Assembly: GCA_002293025.1 (NCBI GenBank)
Contig: DBCL01000007.1
Span: 27,212 to 69,174, forward strand
Reading direction: 5' to 3'
Length of the DNA: 41,963 nt
Origin: Actinobacteria bacterium UBA959
GTDB taxonomy: Bacteria; Actinomycetota; Actinomycetes; S36-B12; UBA5976
The notes below the pieces were generated by a model. The model was not told where the DNA came from, did no database searches, and saw only the letters and a list, made by a program, of their open reading frames with translations. Positions 8,781 to 19,577 of this stretch are shown here, one piece after another. Numbering within the stretch: the first letter of the stretch is position 1; each line of letters begins with the position of its first letter. Both the position numbers and the translations under genes were made by a program.

Positions 8781-10274
8781 ATGGTTGATGCTGACTTTTT
8801 GAGCCTACCCCTGAAGGCCACCGCTGATGCGGCCATATCGGCTGCAAGATCTGCAGGTGCCTCTCATGTTGATGTTCGAATTGAACGCACGCGCACGGGC
8901 TTATTGCAGCTGCGAGATGCTAAGCCTGAGACCCAAACCGATGATTCGGTATACGGAATAGGGGTTCGCGTAATTGTTGATGGTGCTTGGGGTTTTTCAT
9001 CCGCACCAGAAGTTACTTTAGATTCAGCAAAGAAGTTGGCCTTAACAGCAGTTGCGATGGCCAAGACGAGCAAGCCTCTTTCTCTGGAGTTCGTTGAATT
9101 AGTTCCAGAATCGGTTTATGCAGACCAAGTATGGACATCTAGTTACAAAATTGATCCGTTCACTGTCTCAGACTCGGAGAAGATTTCACGCTTAGCGGAT
9201 TTGAGCAGTAAATTGCTTAGTTCAAAGTCTGTTAACCACGCTCAGGCCTATGTTATGTATGTTAAAGAACAAAAGTTCTATGCAGATTCATACGGCACCT
9301 CCACTACCCAGCAGCGCATCAGAACTCATGGTCAAATTGATGCAATCAGTGTGGGCGATCACGGATTTGAATCGATGCGAACTTTGGCTCAACCTGCGGG
9401 GTATGGCTGGGAGTGGATGGGTAATGATGTTTGGAATTGGGATAACGAAATAGCTGAGCTTCCAGAATTACTGGCGGGCAAAGTCGCCGCCCCAAGTGTT
9501 GAACCAGGCAGATATGACCTAGTAATTCATCCCAGTAATTTATGGCTAACTATTCACGAATCAATAGGGCATGCAACTGAGTTAGACCGGGCTGTTGGCT
9601 ATGAAGCTAACTATGCAGGTACCTCTTTTGCGACCCCAGACAAATTGGGCACCTTGAAGTATGGAACTGAATTAATGAATATAACTGGGGATCGTTTAAC
9701 TGAACATGGTTTGAGCACAGTTGGATTTGATGATGAAGGAGTCGCTGCCCAAAAGTGGGACATTGTCAAGGACGGAATATTGGTTGGATACCAACTAGAC
9801 CGCAGAATTGCGGCTATTGTTGGTAAAGATCGCAGTAATGGTTGTGCTTTTGCAGACTCACCGTCACACATTCCAATTCAAAGAATGCCAAATGTGTCCT
9901 TGCAATCAAATCCAACTGGACCAGATCTGGATGGTTTAATCTCGTCCGTTGAGAACGGCATCTTGATAAAAGGTGATAACTCATGGTCTATCGACATGCA
10001 GCGTTACAACTTCCAATTCACAGGGCAACAATTCCATCACATCAAGAATGGCAAGATTGTCGGCCAACTAAAAGATGTTGCTTACCAAGCAACAACAACT
10101 GACTTTTGGGGCTCGATGGTTAATGTTGGTGGTCCAAGCACCTACGTGCTTGGTGGAGCGTTTAACTGCGGCAAAGCACAACCTGGGCAGGTGGCAGCTG
10201 TGAGTCATGGATGTCCAGCAGCAGTTTTCCAGAACATAAATGTGTTGAATACAGTTGCGGAGGCAGGAGCATGA
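8781..10274 (+). CDS. tldD: TldD metalloprotease catalytic subunit
   Basis: HESIGHATELDR, FDDEGV, QRMPNV, FNCGKAQPGQ...SHGCP; start placed at ATG 8781. Confidence 0.9.
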   Translation: MVDADFLSLPLKATADAAISAARSAGASHVDVRIERTRTGLLQLRDAKPETQTDDSVYGIGVRVIVDGAWGFSSAPEVTLDSAKKLALTAVAMAKTSKPLSLEFVELVPESVYADQVWTSSYKIDPFTVSDSEKISRLADLSSKLLSSKSVNHAQAYVMYVKEQKFYADSYGTSTTQQRIRTHGQIDAISVGDHGFESMRTLAQPAGYGWEWMGNDVWNWDNEIAELPELLAGKVAAPSVEPGRYDLVIHPSNLWLTIHESIGHATELDRAVGYEANYAGTSFATPDKLGTLKYGTELMNITGDRLTEHGLSTVGFDDEGVAAQKWDIVKDGILVGYQLDRRIAAIVGKDRSNGCAFADSPSHIPIQRMPNVSLQSNPTGPDLDGLISSVENGILIKGDNSWSIDMQRYNFQFTGQQFHHIKNGKIVGQLKDVAYQATTTDFWGSMVNVGGPSTYVLGGAFNCGKAQPGQVAAVSHGCPAAVFQNINVLNTVAEAGA

Positions 10275-11653
10275 TCCGGCCACAAGAAATAATCTCCCAA
10301 ATTACGGCTGCCGCCGATTACGCAGACTGCATAGTCGTTGTTAATGAAGAAACCTCAGCGAACTTGCGCTGGGCTAATAACACTTTAACTACAAACGGGG
10401 TGATTGCCAACAGAAGTGTCACGGTGATTGCATTTGTAGAAATTGACGGAGGCATGGCAGCAGGAGCAATTACTAGAACTGATGTCTCAGCAGATGAAGC
10501 AGCATCAGTTGCAGCGTTGGCAAAACAAGCTGCACTAGATGCGGGCAAAGCCGAAGATGCTTTCAAATTAGTAAAAGACTTTTCTAATGGTGACTGGGAG
10601 GCTGCTCACACCCCAACAGGACCTGAGATATTTTCTAAAGTAGCTCCTGATCTTGGCGGAATGTTTATAACGGCCAAGAAAGATGGCATTGAGTTATTTG
10701 GTTACGCGGAGCACACTCATGAAACAAGTTGGATTGGGTCCAAGGGTGGAATTCGAATTAGACATGACCAACCAGCTGGTCGAATTGAGATGACCGGTAA
10801 GTCGCATAATCGAACACGAAGCACTTGGGCTGGCCGATCAACTCGAGACTTTTCAGATATTGACATGTTAGAAGTGGATGCTGCCATCAGGGAGCGCTTG
10901 AACTGGCAGGCAACCAAAATTGATTTGGTTGCCGGAAAATATGATGCAGTACTTCCGCCTGGTGCCGTTGGTGACTTAATCACTTACATGCTTTGGAGCT
11001 CAGCTGGTAAAGATGCGTTCCAGGGGCAGTCGGTGTTTGCTAAAAAAGGTGGTGGCACCCGAGTTGGGGAGAAATTATCGAATGTCGATATGAATGTTTT
11101 CTCTGATCCGTCTTACCCAGGCTTAGAGTCACAAAAGTTTGTAGAGGCAACAGCAAGTTCAACATTTAGTTCAGTGTTTGATAACGGTCAAAAGATCAGT
11201 AAGTTTGACATGTTGCACAAAGGCATTTTGAAGAACTTGATCAATACACAAGCCTCTGCAGTTGAGACTTCTTTGCCATATCTGCCTCCTGGAGACAATG
11301 TCATCATGACAATTGATGGTGCTACCCGAAAAGAAGCAGATTTAATTAAATCTGTTAAGCACGGTTTGTTAATTACCTGCTTTTGGTATATCCGAATGGT
11401 GGATCCATCCACCTTATTGCTCACCGGCTTAACGCGAGATGGCGTTTACCTAATTAAAGATGGAGAAGTAGTTGGTGCTGTTAACAACTTTAGATTTAAT
11501 GAATCGCCAGTTGATCTAATCAATCGAGTTCAGGACTTCACTACGACTTCGATTACCCAAGTTCGTGAATGGGCCGATTACATCGATCGCGTTGCCATGC
11601 CTTCCTTGCTAATCAAGGATTTCAATATGTCAACAGTGTCCGTTGCAAACTGA
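10271..11653 (+). CDS. TldE/PmbA-like partner subunit
   Basis: ANLRWANNTLTTNG, WYIRMVDP, TGLTRDG, NNFRFNESP; no HExxxH; ATGA overlap with tldD. Confidence 0.85.
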   Translation: MIRPQEIISQITAAADYADCIVVVNEETSANLRWANNTLTTNGVIANRSVTVIAFVEIDGGMAAGAITRTDVSADEAASVAALAKQAALDAGKAEDAFKLVKDFSNGDWEAAHTPTGPEIFSKVAPDLGGMFITAKKDGIELFGYAEHTHETSWIGSKGGIRIRHDQPAGRIEMTGKSHNRTRSTWAGRSTRDFSDIDMLEVDAAIRERLNWQATKIDLVAGKYDAVLPPGAVGDLITYMLWSSAGKDAFQGQSVFAKKGGGTRVGEKLSNVDMNVFSDPSYPGLESQKFVEATASSTFSSVFDNGQKISKFDMLHKGILKNLINTQASAVETSLPYLPPGDNVIMTIDGATRKEADLIKSVKHGLLITCFWYIRMVDPSTLLLTGLTRDGVYLIKDGEVVGAVNNFRFNESPVDLINRVQDFTTTSITQVREWADYIDRVAMPSLLIKDFNMSTVSVAN

Positions 11654-11658
11654 GTTAA

Positions 11659-14600
11659 TTAACTCAAACTTTCGTTAACCAAGGCTGCTTGCTCATCGTC
11701 ATGCAATTTATGAGAGCCAACTGCTGGAGAAGATGCTTCTGGTCGGCTAACTACTCGGATGCTCCGCTTCATAATCATTGGCAGTTGTAAACCAATAAAT
11801 GGCCAAGCGCCTTGGTTAGCAGGTTCTTCTTGGGTGAACACCAAATCAATATCATCTGGATAATGACTCAAGGCGGCAGCGATCTCAGGGGCGGGGAGTG
11901 GATACAAGCGCTCCAACCGGATTAACGCAATGTCGGTAATACCTCTAGTCTCGCGTTCGGCTAGCAAGTTGTAATAAACCTTGCCAGAGCAAAGGATCAC
12001 CCTCTTAACTGATTTTTTATCCACAGATACATCATCAATTAATGGTTCGAAAGTTCCAGCCGTAAAGTCTTTGGCAGGACTGGTAGCCATCTTGCTGCGC
12101 AATAAGGATTTTGGAGTAAAAACCACCATTGGTTTGTGATGCGGTTGCTTAACTTGCCAACGCAGCAAGTGGAAATAAGAAGCTGGCGTTGATGGGTAGG
12201 CAACAGTCATATTGTCTTGCGCACATAAACTCAAGAATCGTTCGATTCGAGCTGATGAATGATCTGGACCTTGCCCTTCGTAACCATGGGGCAGCAGCAG
12301 TACTACTGAGGAAGTTTGCCCCCATTTTTGCTCTCCAGAAGATATGAATTCGTCGACAATGGTTTGTGCACCATTAACAAAGTCACCAAATTGGGCTTCC
12401 CAGATAACTAATGCTTTTTTATTCGCAACTGAATACCCATATTCAAAACCCATCACAGCATATTCACTTAGTAGCGAGTCGTAAATATAAAGTCGACCCT
12501 TGTTAGCTGACTTACTCAATTCCTTCAATGGGAAATAGGACTCACCAGTTTTATTGTCAACAATTGCAGAGTGTCTTTGACCAAATGTGCCACGTCTAGA
12601 GTCTTGACCGGATAAGCGAACTAACCGATCCTCTAGAAGTAGTGAGCCAAAAGCAAACATTTCACCTGTCGCCCAGTCAACAGCATCTTCAGTAAGCATG
12701 GCGGCACGCTTTTGTAACTGAGGCAGCAATCTTGGGTGTGGGGTTAGATACTCTGGTAAATCAATAACAGTTCGAGCAATTAAATCGAGTGTTTGTCGGT
12801 CCACACCAGTTTCAACCAAATGTGGAAATAGCGGCAGGTCAGATTTTGGTGCAGGTTCAGGATCTGTAGTCAATGTTTCCTTGGTTTCTGCAAAAACTCG
12901 CTCAAGTTGTTCTTGATAATCTCGAAGGGCTTGTTCAGCTTCTTCGACTGTGATGTCGCCTCGACCAATTAATGCTTCCGTATAGAGCTTTCTAACACTT
13001 CGCTTCGCATCGATTTTTTCATAGATTAACGGTTGGGTTAAAGATGGATCATCCGCTTCATTGTGCCCTCGTCGGCGATAGCAGATTAAATCAATTACAA
13101 CATCTTTATTGAAGGCTTGACGGTAGTCAAAGGCCAACTGGGAAACTCGCACAACGGCTTCTGGGTCATCCCCATTAACATGAAATATTGGAGCTTGCAC
13201 CATTCTGGCCACTGAAGTTGCATATGTGGAAGATCTAGATTCACTTGGGGCAGTAGTAAACCCAACTTGATTGTTAACAACTAGATGGATAGTCCCGCCA
13301 ACCCGGTAACCTCGAAGCTGAGACATGTGTAATGTTTCAGCTACTACGCCCTGTCCAGCAAATGCGGCATCACCATGCATCAATATTGGAAGGACTGGGA
13401 AACCTTTTGAGCGATCCAAGAGATCAGTTTTAGCCCTGGCAATACCTTCAAGAACCGGGTTAACAGCTTCCAAGTGCGAAGGATTTGCTGCCAAATAAAC
13501 CTTTATTTGTTCACCTTCAGGTGCTGTGAATTCACCTTCAGTGCCGAGGTGATACTTAACGTCACCAGAGCCTTGAACAGACATTTTATTCTTCGGGGCG
13601 TCTTCAAATTCTCTAAAAATTTGCCCGTAGGACTTGCCAGCGATGTTTGCCAATACATTTAATCGGCCTCGATGCGGCATCGCGATAGTCACTTCAGCTA
13701 AGCCAGCTTTTGCGGCAGACGTAAGAATTGAATCCAAGGAAGCGATTGCCGATTCTCCACCTTCTAAGCTGAAGCGCTTTTGTCCAACGTATTTTGTTTG
13801 TAGAAAGTTTTCAAATGCTTCAGCTGCATTGAGTTTGCGTAAAATTCTTAACTGTTCCTCGCGAGGATTCTTAACATAGCTTCGTTCTACTCGCTCTTGA
13901 ATCCATTGGCGCTGCAGTGGGTCTGAAATATGCATGTATTCGACTGCAATAGATCTGCAATAGGCCTCTCTCAACGTTTGCAAAATATCGCGCAACTTCA
14001 TAAATGGTTGGCCGCCAAAACCTCCTGTAGGGAAGGTACGTTCTAGATCCCAAACAGTTAGGCCATGGCTAGACATTCGCAAATCGGGATGAGTTCGCTG
14101 CAGATATTCCAGTGGATTGGTATCTGAGATCAAATGCCCACGAGTTCGATAAGCGTGGATAAGGGCATGAACGCGAGCTACCTTGTTGATGTCGTTGTCA
14201 TGGGAGGCATCAACGTCCATTGTCCATAAATAAGGTTTGAACGGAACTTTAAGTGCAGCAAATACGTCTTCATAGAAACCATCTTTGCCCAGCAATAACT
14301 CACTGACGCGCCTCAAAAATTCACCGCTACCAGCACCTTGAATTATTCGGTGATCATATGTTGAAGTTAGAGTTAAAATCTTGCCAATGCCATTGTTAGC
14401 AATTACCTCTGGTGCTGCCCCTTGCCATTCTGCTGGGAAGTCGAGCGAGCCAACCCCGATGATCGCGCCTTGACCCTTCATTAATCTTGGAACTGAATGC
14501 ACAGTTCCAATCGTGCCTGGATTAGTGAGGCTAACGGTAGTTCCAGCAAAGTCCTCAACAGTTAACTTGTTGTCACGTGCTCTGCGCACAATGTCGTCAT

Positions 14601-15288
14601 AAGTCGCCCAAAAAGTTGCAAAGTCCATCTGCTCTGCTGCTTTAATATTTGGGACAAGTAGTTGACGGGAGCCATCTGGCTTCGCTAAGTCAATTGCCAA
14701 ACCAATATTTACGTTTGGGTGCTTAATTATTCCTGGTTTACCCTCAATTTCAACATAACTTGTATTCATCGCAGGCTGCTCGTGCATGGCCCTTACCACT
14801 GCCCATGCAATTAAATGTGTAAAGGAGATTTTGCCACCGCGAGCTCTTGTTAGATGCTCATTAATAAAAGTTCTATTCTCAATTAATAAAGTTGCAGGAA
14901 GAGTTCTAACTGATGTCGCGGTTGGAACTGTCAAGCTTTCTTCCATGTTGGTAACCACTCGGGCAGCAGCTCCACGTATCTGCTCGGCAGTTGGATCAAT
15001 AGTTACCACTTTTGGTTTCTCACTAGGTGCTGCTACCAAAATGGCTTCACCTGAGACTTGTTGGCTAATTGGCGTAATTTGAGGGGCTGGAATATTGACG
15101 CCATCAGTTCGAAGTCGCACCTCTGTGCGCTCAGTAGGGGAGTAATCGGCAAAGAATTCGTACCAAGCTGCATCAACAGATTTTGGGTCCCTTAAATACT
15201 GTTCATAAATCTCATCCACTAGCCATTCATTGGCCCCAAATACCGAAAGTCTTGGATCTACTCCATTTGATCCTGTGTGCTCAGACAC
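11659..15288 (-). CDS. kgd: Multifunctional 2-oxoglutarate decarboxylase/dehydrogenase (fused E2o-E1o, Kgd/OdhA)
   Basis: FGANEWLVDE, STYDHRIIQGA, KRFSLEGGE, MPHRGRLNVL, HGDAAFAGQG, WEAQFGDF; GTG 15288 with SD AGGAG preferred over the track start. Confidence 0.95.
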   Translation of the reverse strand: MSEHTGSNGVDPRLSVFGANEWLVDEIYEQYLRDPKSVDAAWYEFFADYSPTERTEVRLRTDGVNIPAPQITPISQQVSGEAILVAAPSEKPKVVTIDPTAEQIRGAAARVVTNMEESLTVPTATSVRTLPATLLIENRTFINEHLTRARGGKISFTHLIAWAVVRAMHEQPAMNTSYVEIEGKPGIIKHPNVNIGLAIDLAKPDGSRQLLVPNIKAAEQMDFATFWATYDDIVRRARDNKLTVEDFAGTTVSLTNPGTIGTVHSVPRLMKGQGAIIGVGSLDFPAEWQGAAPEVIANNGIGKILTLTSTYDHRIIQGAGSGEFLRRVSELLLGKDGFYEDVFAALKVPFKPYLWTMDVDASHDNDINKVARVHALIHAYRTRGHLISDTNPLEYLQRTHPDLRMSSHGLTVWDLERTFPTGGFGGQPFMKLRDILQTLREAYCRSIAVEYMHISDPLQRQWIQERVERSYVKNPREEQLRILRKLNAAEAFENFLQTKYVGQKRFSLEGGESAIASLDSILTSAAKAGLAEVTIAMPHRGRLNVLANIAGKSYGQIFREFEDAPKNKMSVQGSGDVKYHLGTEGEFTAPEGEQIKVYLAANPSHLEAVNPVLEGIARAKTDLLDRSKGFPVLPILMHGDAAFAGQGVVAETLHMSQLRGYRVGGTIHLVVNNQVGFTTAPSESRSSTYATSVARMVQAPIFHVNGDDPEAVVRVSQLAFDYRQAFNKDVVIDLICYRRRGHNEADDPSLTQPLIYEKIDAKRSVRKLYTEALIGRGDITVEEAEQALRDYQEQLERVFAETKETLTTDPEPAPKSDLPLFPHLVETGVDRQTLDLIARTVIDLPEYLTPHPRLLPQLQKRAAMLTEDAVDWATGEMFAFGSLLLEDRLVRLSGQDSRRGTFGQRHSAIVDNKTGESYFPLKELSKSANKGRLYIYDSLLSEYAVMGFEYGYSVANKKALVIWEAQFGDFVNGAQTIVDEFISSGEQKWGQTSSVVLLLPHGYEGQGPDHSSARIERFLSLCAQDNMTVAYPSTPASYFHLLRWQVKQPHHKPMVVFTPKSLLRSKMATSPAKDFTAGTFEPLIDDVSVDKKSVKRVILCSGKVYYNLLAERETRGITDIALIRLERLYPLPAPEIAAALSHYPDDIDLVFTQEEPANQGAWPFIGLQLPMIMKRSIRVVSRPEASSPAVGSHKLHDDEQAALVNESLS

Positions 15289-15371
15289 TCGCGCTCCTGC
15301 TACTGGCTTTAGGGGATAAGCGTATCGGGCCTGCAGTGGCGGTTTGGTCAGAATGACTACAAGGTTGTCCA

Positions 15372-16100
15372 GTGACCTCAACCACACAGCTTCAGGGCTC
15401 AGTAGCCATCATTACCGGTGGAAGCCGTGGCTTGGGTCGCTACTGTGCTGAACAGCTGGCCAGCCAAGGTTGCAAAGTAGTGATGGTTGGCATTAATCCT
15501 CAATCTGTAGCTGATGCCCAATTGCAATTACAATCAAAAAATCTTGATGTAATAGGTAAAGTTGCTGACGTAGCAGATCCAGTTGCGATGGATCGGTTAG
15601 TTGTTGAATTGGGCGAGTTGGCAAACCCACAGATACTCATTAACTCTGCAGGAGTGATGAGTGCCAAAATGACCAAAACACTTAGAACTTCAAATGATGA
15701 GTGGCATCGTGTGCTTGGGATAAACCTTGATGGGGTATTTAACTCGGTTAGTAGATTTGCACCGTCGATGGTTGAGCAAAGATATGGACGAATAATTAAT
15801 CTTTCTGCTTGTTTAGGAAGATTCACTGGGCCTGGTTTGCTGGGCGGATTAGCTCCTTATCGAATTAGCAAGACTGGCGTTAACGCACTAACTAAAAATC
15901 TTGCTGCAGAATTGCAGTTTGGTGCTCGCAACGTGTTAGTTGATGCTGTTTGCCCTGGACACATCCAAACAGATATGGGTGGTGAAACAGCCCCTCGAAC
16001 TGTGGCTCAAGGTGCCGATACTGTTTTGTGGCTAGCAACTCGTGCTCAAACCGATCAAACCGGGTTGCTATGGGAGGATAGGGAGGTAGTTCCCTATTAG
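15372..16100 (+). CDS. Short-chain dehydrogenase/reductase
   Basis: TGGSRGLG, INSAG, YRISK, VCPGHIQTDMG. Confidence 0.9.
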   Translation: MTSTTQLQGSVAIITGGSRGLGRYCAEQLASQGCKVVMVGINPQSVADAQLQLQSKNLDVIGKVADVADPVAMDRLVVELGELANPQILINSAGVMSAKMTKTLRTSNDEWHRVLGINLDGVFNSVSRFAPSMVEQRYGRIINLSACLGRFTGPGLLGGLAPYRISKTGVNALTKNLAAELQFGARNVLVDAVCPGHIQTDMGGETAPRTVAQGADTVLWLATRAQTDQTGLLWEDREVVPY

Positions 16101-16109
16101 GAGAAAGAC

Positions 16110-16574
16110 ATGACCAAAGCCAGAGTCTTAGTCTTTTTGCAGTTTGGATTGCTGGGCGCCTTATTAATGGTGCCGCAAGATACCTCCGTAGATTCTCCAG
16201 AAATTTTCACTTGGTTAGCACCCGGTCTGCAGATTCTGGCATTAACCATCTTAATTTTGGCTGCAATCGCGCTCAGACCTGCTTTAACAGTAAGTCCCAT
16301 TCCAAGAGCAGATGCACCTCTCATCACTAAAGGCATTTACAAATACATTAGACATCCAATGTATTCGGCAGTAATCGCCATTGGCGCGTCCATCATGTTG
16401 CTCAATCCAACGTTGATCACATACATACTTTGGATTTTGTTGGTTTTGACTTTGATGAATAAGGCTGAATATGAAGATGGCTTACTTCGAACCAAGCACC
16501 AAGACGCAGTCAAGTATCAACTTCGAACTGGCACATTTGCTCCTAAATTAAGGAAGGTAAATGAAATCTCGTGA
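16110..16574 (+). CDS. Isoprenylcysteine carboxyl methyltransferase/Ste14 family membrane protein
   Basis: LITKGIYKYIRHPMYS motif, hydrophobic helices. Confidence 0.82.
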   Translation: MTKARVLVFLQFGLLGALLMVPQDTSVDSPEIFTWLAPGLQILALTILILAAIALRPALTVSPIPRADAPLITKGIYKYIRHPMYSAVIAIGASIMLLNPTLITYILWILLVLTLMNKAEYEDGLLRTKHQDAVKYQLRTGTFAPKLRKVNEIS

Positions 16575-17541
16575 ACAAGTTAATGCTGCTTTAGCTAAAT
16601 TAGTTTCAGATGGCAAGATCTCTAGCGAGCAGGCACAGCTAGTTGCTGAAGAACTTGACCCAACCTCACAAGGGAAGAGTCTTTCCCGGGTGGCTGAGAT
16701 TGGGAGTTATGCAGGTGCCACTTTGGTTGCAGGTGCTGGATTATGGATGGGCATTGAGTTAACTGAGGGTAATGAAGTTCTGCGAACTGCAATGCTGTTT
16801 TTAATCGGTGTGGCACTGTGGGGAGCAGCGTTCTTGTTTTTCAATATTTTAAAACCAAATCAGAATGGCAGCAGTGTCTTGTTTGGGGACACTCGACTTA
16901 GATTAGCGAGCACACTTTCGGTATTAGGTTCGGCTTTACTAGTCGGGGCAGCAGCTTCAACATTTAGTAACAACGACTCCAATGAATACGGATCATTAAT
17001 TGCGCTCCAAGCGGTTGTCTTATTTGCCATTGCTGCTAAATTCTTTGCAACAGTCCTTCCTGAAAGTGCGCTATTTGTATCTGTTCAAATTTTAGGTGTT
17101 AGCTTGTGGGAAAGTTTTGGCAATCCACTTCGAGCAGATTTCCCATGGGTTATTGCCTTGATTATGGTTATTGTCTCGCTAAGTTGGCTTAAGTTTGCCA
17201 ATCTATTTTCTGCTAAAGACTTAATTGTGGCTGCCAGTATCGGTATGGCCACAATTTGGGGATTGATTTCGCCAAGCTCAAATGATCACCGAGCAGTTGG
17301 CTTGGCTTTGTTGGCAGCTGTGGTAGCGGTGGCGATGTTTGGTCAGTTTAAAATTGGTGGCTGGGCTTTTACTGCAGGTGCAGTTGGGTCTTTGCTGGCT
17401 TTAACATTCCAAGTGGTGGCACCAGTAACACAAAGGGCCCTAGGTTTGTTTATAACTGGCCTTGTGATGTTGCTGGCCTCGTGGCTTTTGATTAGAAGAG
17501 ATAAACGCAAATCACTGAAGACACTAGACTCTGCCAACTAA
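16561..17541 (+). CDS. Polytopic membrane protein, DUF2157-like N-terminus
   Basis: LVSDGKISSEQA then about 10 hydrophobic segments. Confidence 0.6.
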   Translation: MKSREQVNAALAKLVSDGKISSEQAQLVAEELDPTSQGKSLSRVAEIGSYAGATLVAGAGLWMGIELTEGNEVLRTAMLFLIGVALWGAAFLFFNILKPNQNGSSVLFGDTRLRLASTLSVLGSALLVGAAASTFSNNDSNEYGSLIALQAVVLFAIAAKFFATVLPESALFVSVQILGVSLWESFGNPLRADFPWVIALIMVIVSLSWLKFANLFSAKDLIVAASIGMATIWGLISPSSNDHRAVGLALLAAVVAVAMFGQFKIGGWAFTAGAVGSLLALTFQVVAPVTQRALGLFITGLVMLLASWLLIRRDKRKSLKTLDSAN

Positions 17542-17559
17542 TTTAAAGAGTAGGTAATC

Positions 17560-18393
17560 GTGGCTGCGCTATTGGCTTTAATTGCAAGTTTAACCTGGGG
17601 TGTTGCTGACTACATGGGAGGAATTGCTTCCAGAAAAGCATCGCCAACCCAAGTACTAGTTGTTGCATACCCATCTGGGGCAGTAATTATTACCTTGATG
17701 GCTTTTCTGGCAGTCCCAGGAGAATTTTCTACGGATGCAGCACTTTGGGGTGTTTTGGCAGGAAGCATTGGAGCGCTAGCAGTCGCTTTGTTGTATATCG
17801 CATTAAGTCGAGGCCCAATGGGCGTGGTTTCACCAATTACTGCCGTGATGTCAGGTGCGGTACCAACAGCAGTTGGGTTATTAAATGGAGAACGCTTAAC
17901 ACTATTAGGTATAACTGGAATTGCACTTGCAGCGCTTGCCGTAATTTTAGTAAGTCGAGAGAAAGGTGAGCATGTAAAGGTTGCTCCTTCAACAATCCTG
18001 ATCTCGATAGCTAGTGGAAGTGCGATTGGACTTTATTTAAGTGCACTTAGCTTGGCACCAGAAGAGTCAGGGATCTGGGCTGCAACAGTTGGTCGCTGGA
18101 CCTCATCAATCTTGGTTGCGGTTGTGGTATTTGCGGTTATCAAAAATTTCACGCGAAATGGTTTTCCATGGATGTTGGCGATTGTCTCTGGATTCTTGGA
18201 TGCAACTGCAAATGCTGTATTCCAACTTGCCTCACAGCGGGGGCTATTGTCGATTGTGGCCGTTTTGGGCTCGTTGTATCCAGCCACAACAGCTCTGCTC
18301 GCTCGCTTCTTAATCCAAGAACGACTCAGTCGAATTCAAATAGTAGGCGTTCTCCTGGCCTTTTTGGCAGCAGCTTTACTGGCCTTGGCCTAG
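17560..18393 (+). CDS. EamA/DMT family transporter
   Basis: WGVADYMGG, GPMGVVSPIT, SLYPATTALLARFLIQERLS; two EamA repeats. Confidence 0.88.
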   Translation: MAALLALIASLTWGVADYMGGIASRKASPTQVLVVAYPSGAVIITLMAFLAVPGEFSTDAALWGVLAGSIGALAVALLYIALSRGPMGVVSPITAVMSGAVPTAVGLLNGERLTLLGITGIALAALAVILVSREKGEHVKVAPSTILISIASGSAIGLYLSALSLAPEESGIWAATVGRWTSSILVAVVVFAVIKNFTRNGFPWMLAIVSGFLDATANAVFQLASQRGLLSIVAVLGSLYPATTALLARFLIQERLSRIQIVGVLLAFLAAALLALA

Positions 18394-18434
18394 AAGGCCG
18401 AGCATTTGTCGGCTGAAACTGCCACAATGTGTGG

Positions 18435-19577
18435 ATGAATAACTCCCTTCTAGTTTCGTTGGCGTTGGCTGTAATTTGCGTGGGCCTGTTAGTTGCACTT
18501 TTACGTAAGAGCCCCTCTGCTGCTGGCTCACTAACCGAATCAGATCTATTGGCCCTTACCCAAAAGGTCTTAGATGAACAGGCAGCCAAGCTAAGTGAAC
18601 AAGCCAAAGAAGCAAGAGAGCGTCAAGAAAAAGAAGATAGCTTACGAAGAGAGTCCTTAGATCAGCTATTAAAACCCTTACAAGAAAATCTTGAAAAAGT
18701 CCAAACAAAATTACAGTCCTTGGATACACAGCGCGCTGAACTCAAACAACAACTAGATGACTATCGAGATCTTGGTAAAGAACTAAATGAGAAAACCACT
18801 CAACTAGGAAATGCACTCAGACGCCCAGAGATTAGAGGTCGTTGGGGAGAAATGCAGTTGCGAAATTTGGTTAAACTTGCTGGAATGACAAGCTACGTAG
18901 ATTTTCATGAGCAGATAACTCTTGACGAAGATGACGATCGAATTCGTCCAGATATGGTTGTCACACTGTCTGAAGGTGCGCAGATCGCTGTTGATTCCAA
19001 AGTCCCATTGGATGGTTATTTAGATGCAGTTGGTTTACATGGAGAAGAACGCGACCAGGCTATGCAGAAAGTCTCTAAGCAGATTAAATCACACATCAAA
19101 CAATTATCAGATAAAGCGTATTGGCAAACTTTAGAGAAATCAGCGAACTTTACAGTTATGTTTATTCCTATTGAAGGTGCATTCCATGAGGCAGTGGCAA
19201 TTGATCATGATTTGATGGAATATGCAGCAAATCATAAGATCTCAATTGCAACTCCATTCACACTACTTGGACTACTTTCCACAATCGCTCGCCTTGAGAC
19301 TCAATTTCAAATTGCTCAAGAAATTGACGTTTACCTAAAAGAAGCCAGAAAATTACACAAGCGAGCTGAGGTATTTGTTGATCATTTAGGTAAGGCGCAG
19401 AAGTCAGTTTCAACAGCTAATAAGCATGTCGATGCTGCAGCACGATCATTTGATCGAAACTTTATGAAGTCTATAAGTGATATGAATTCGATGGCTTTAG
19501 CCTCCGGTAAAACTGATGAACTGGATGCAAGCGAGACACTCCTAGAAATAACCGAAGCTGAGTTTGATAACGAATAG
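18435..19577 (+). CDS. rmuC: DNA recombination protein RmuC
   Basis: N-terminal TM, coiled coil, RGRWGEMQL, RPDMVV, VDSKVPL, KAYW, VMFIP. Confidence 0.93.
   Translation: MNNSLLVSLALAVICVGLLVALLRKSPSAAGSLTESDLLALTQKVLDEQAAKLSEQAKEARERQEKEDSLRRESLDQLLKPLQENLEKVQTKLQSLDTQRAELKQQLDDYRDLGKELNEKTTQLGNALRRPEIRGRWGEMQLRNLVKLAGMTSYVDFHEQITLDEDDDRIRPDMVVTLSEGAQIAVDSKVPLDGYLDAVGLHGEERDQAMQKVSKQIKSHIKQLSDKAYWQTLEKSANFTVMFIPIEGAFHEAVAIDHDLMEYAANHKISIATPFTLLGLLSTIARLETQFQIAQEIDVYLKEARKLHKRAEVFVDHLGKAQKSVSTANKHVDAAARSFDRNFMKSISDMNSMALASGKTDELDASETLLEITEAEFDNE

Noticed and set aside
8781-11653. tldD/tldE as part of a RiPP cluster
   Set aside because: No precursor peptide, YcaO or other modification genes nearby; ordinary actinobacterial pair
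15289-15387. N-terminal extension of kgd in the ORF track
   Set aside because: Overlaps the divergent SDR start; GTG 15288 has an SD
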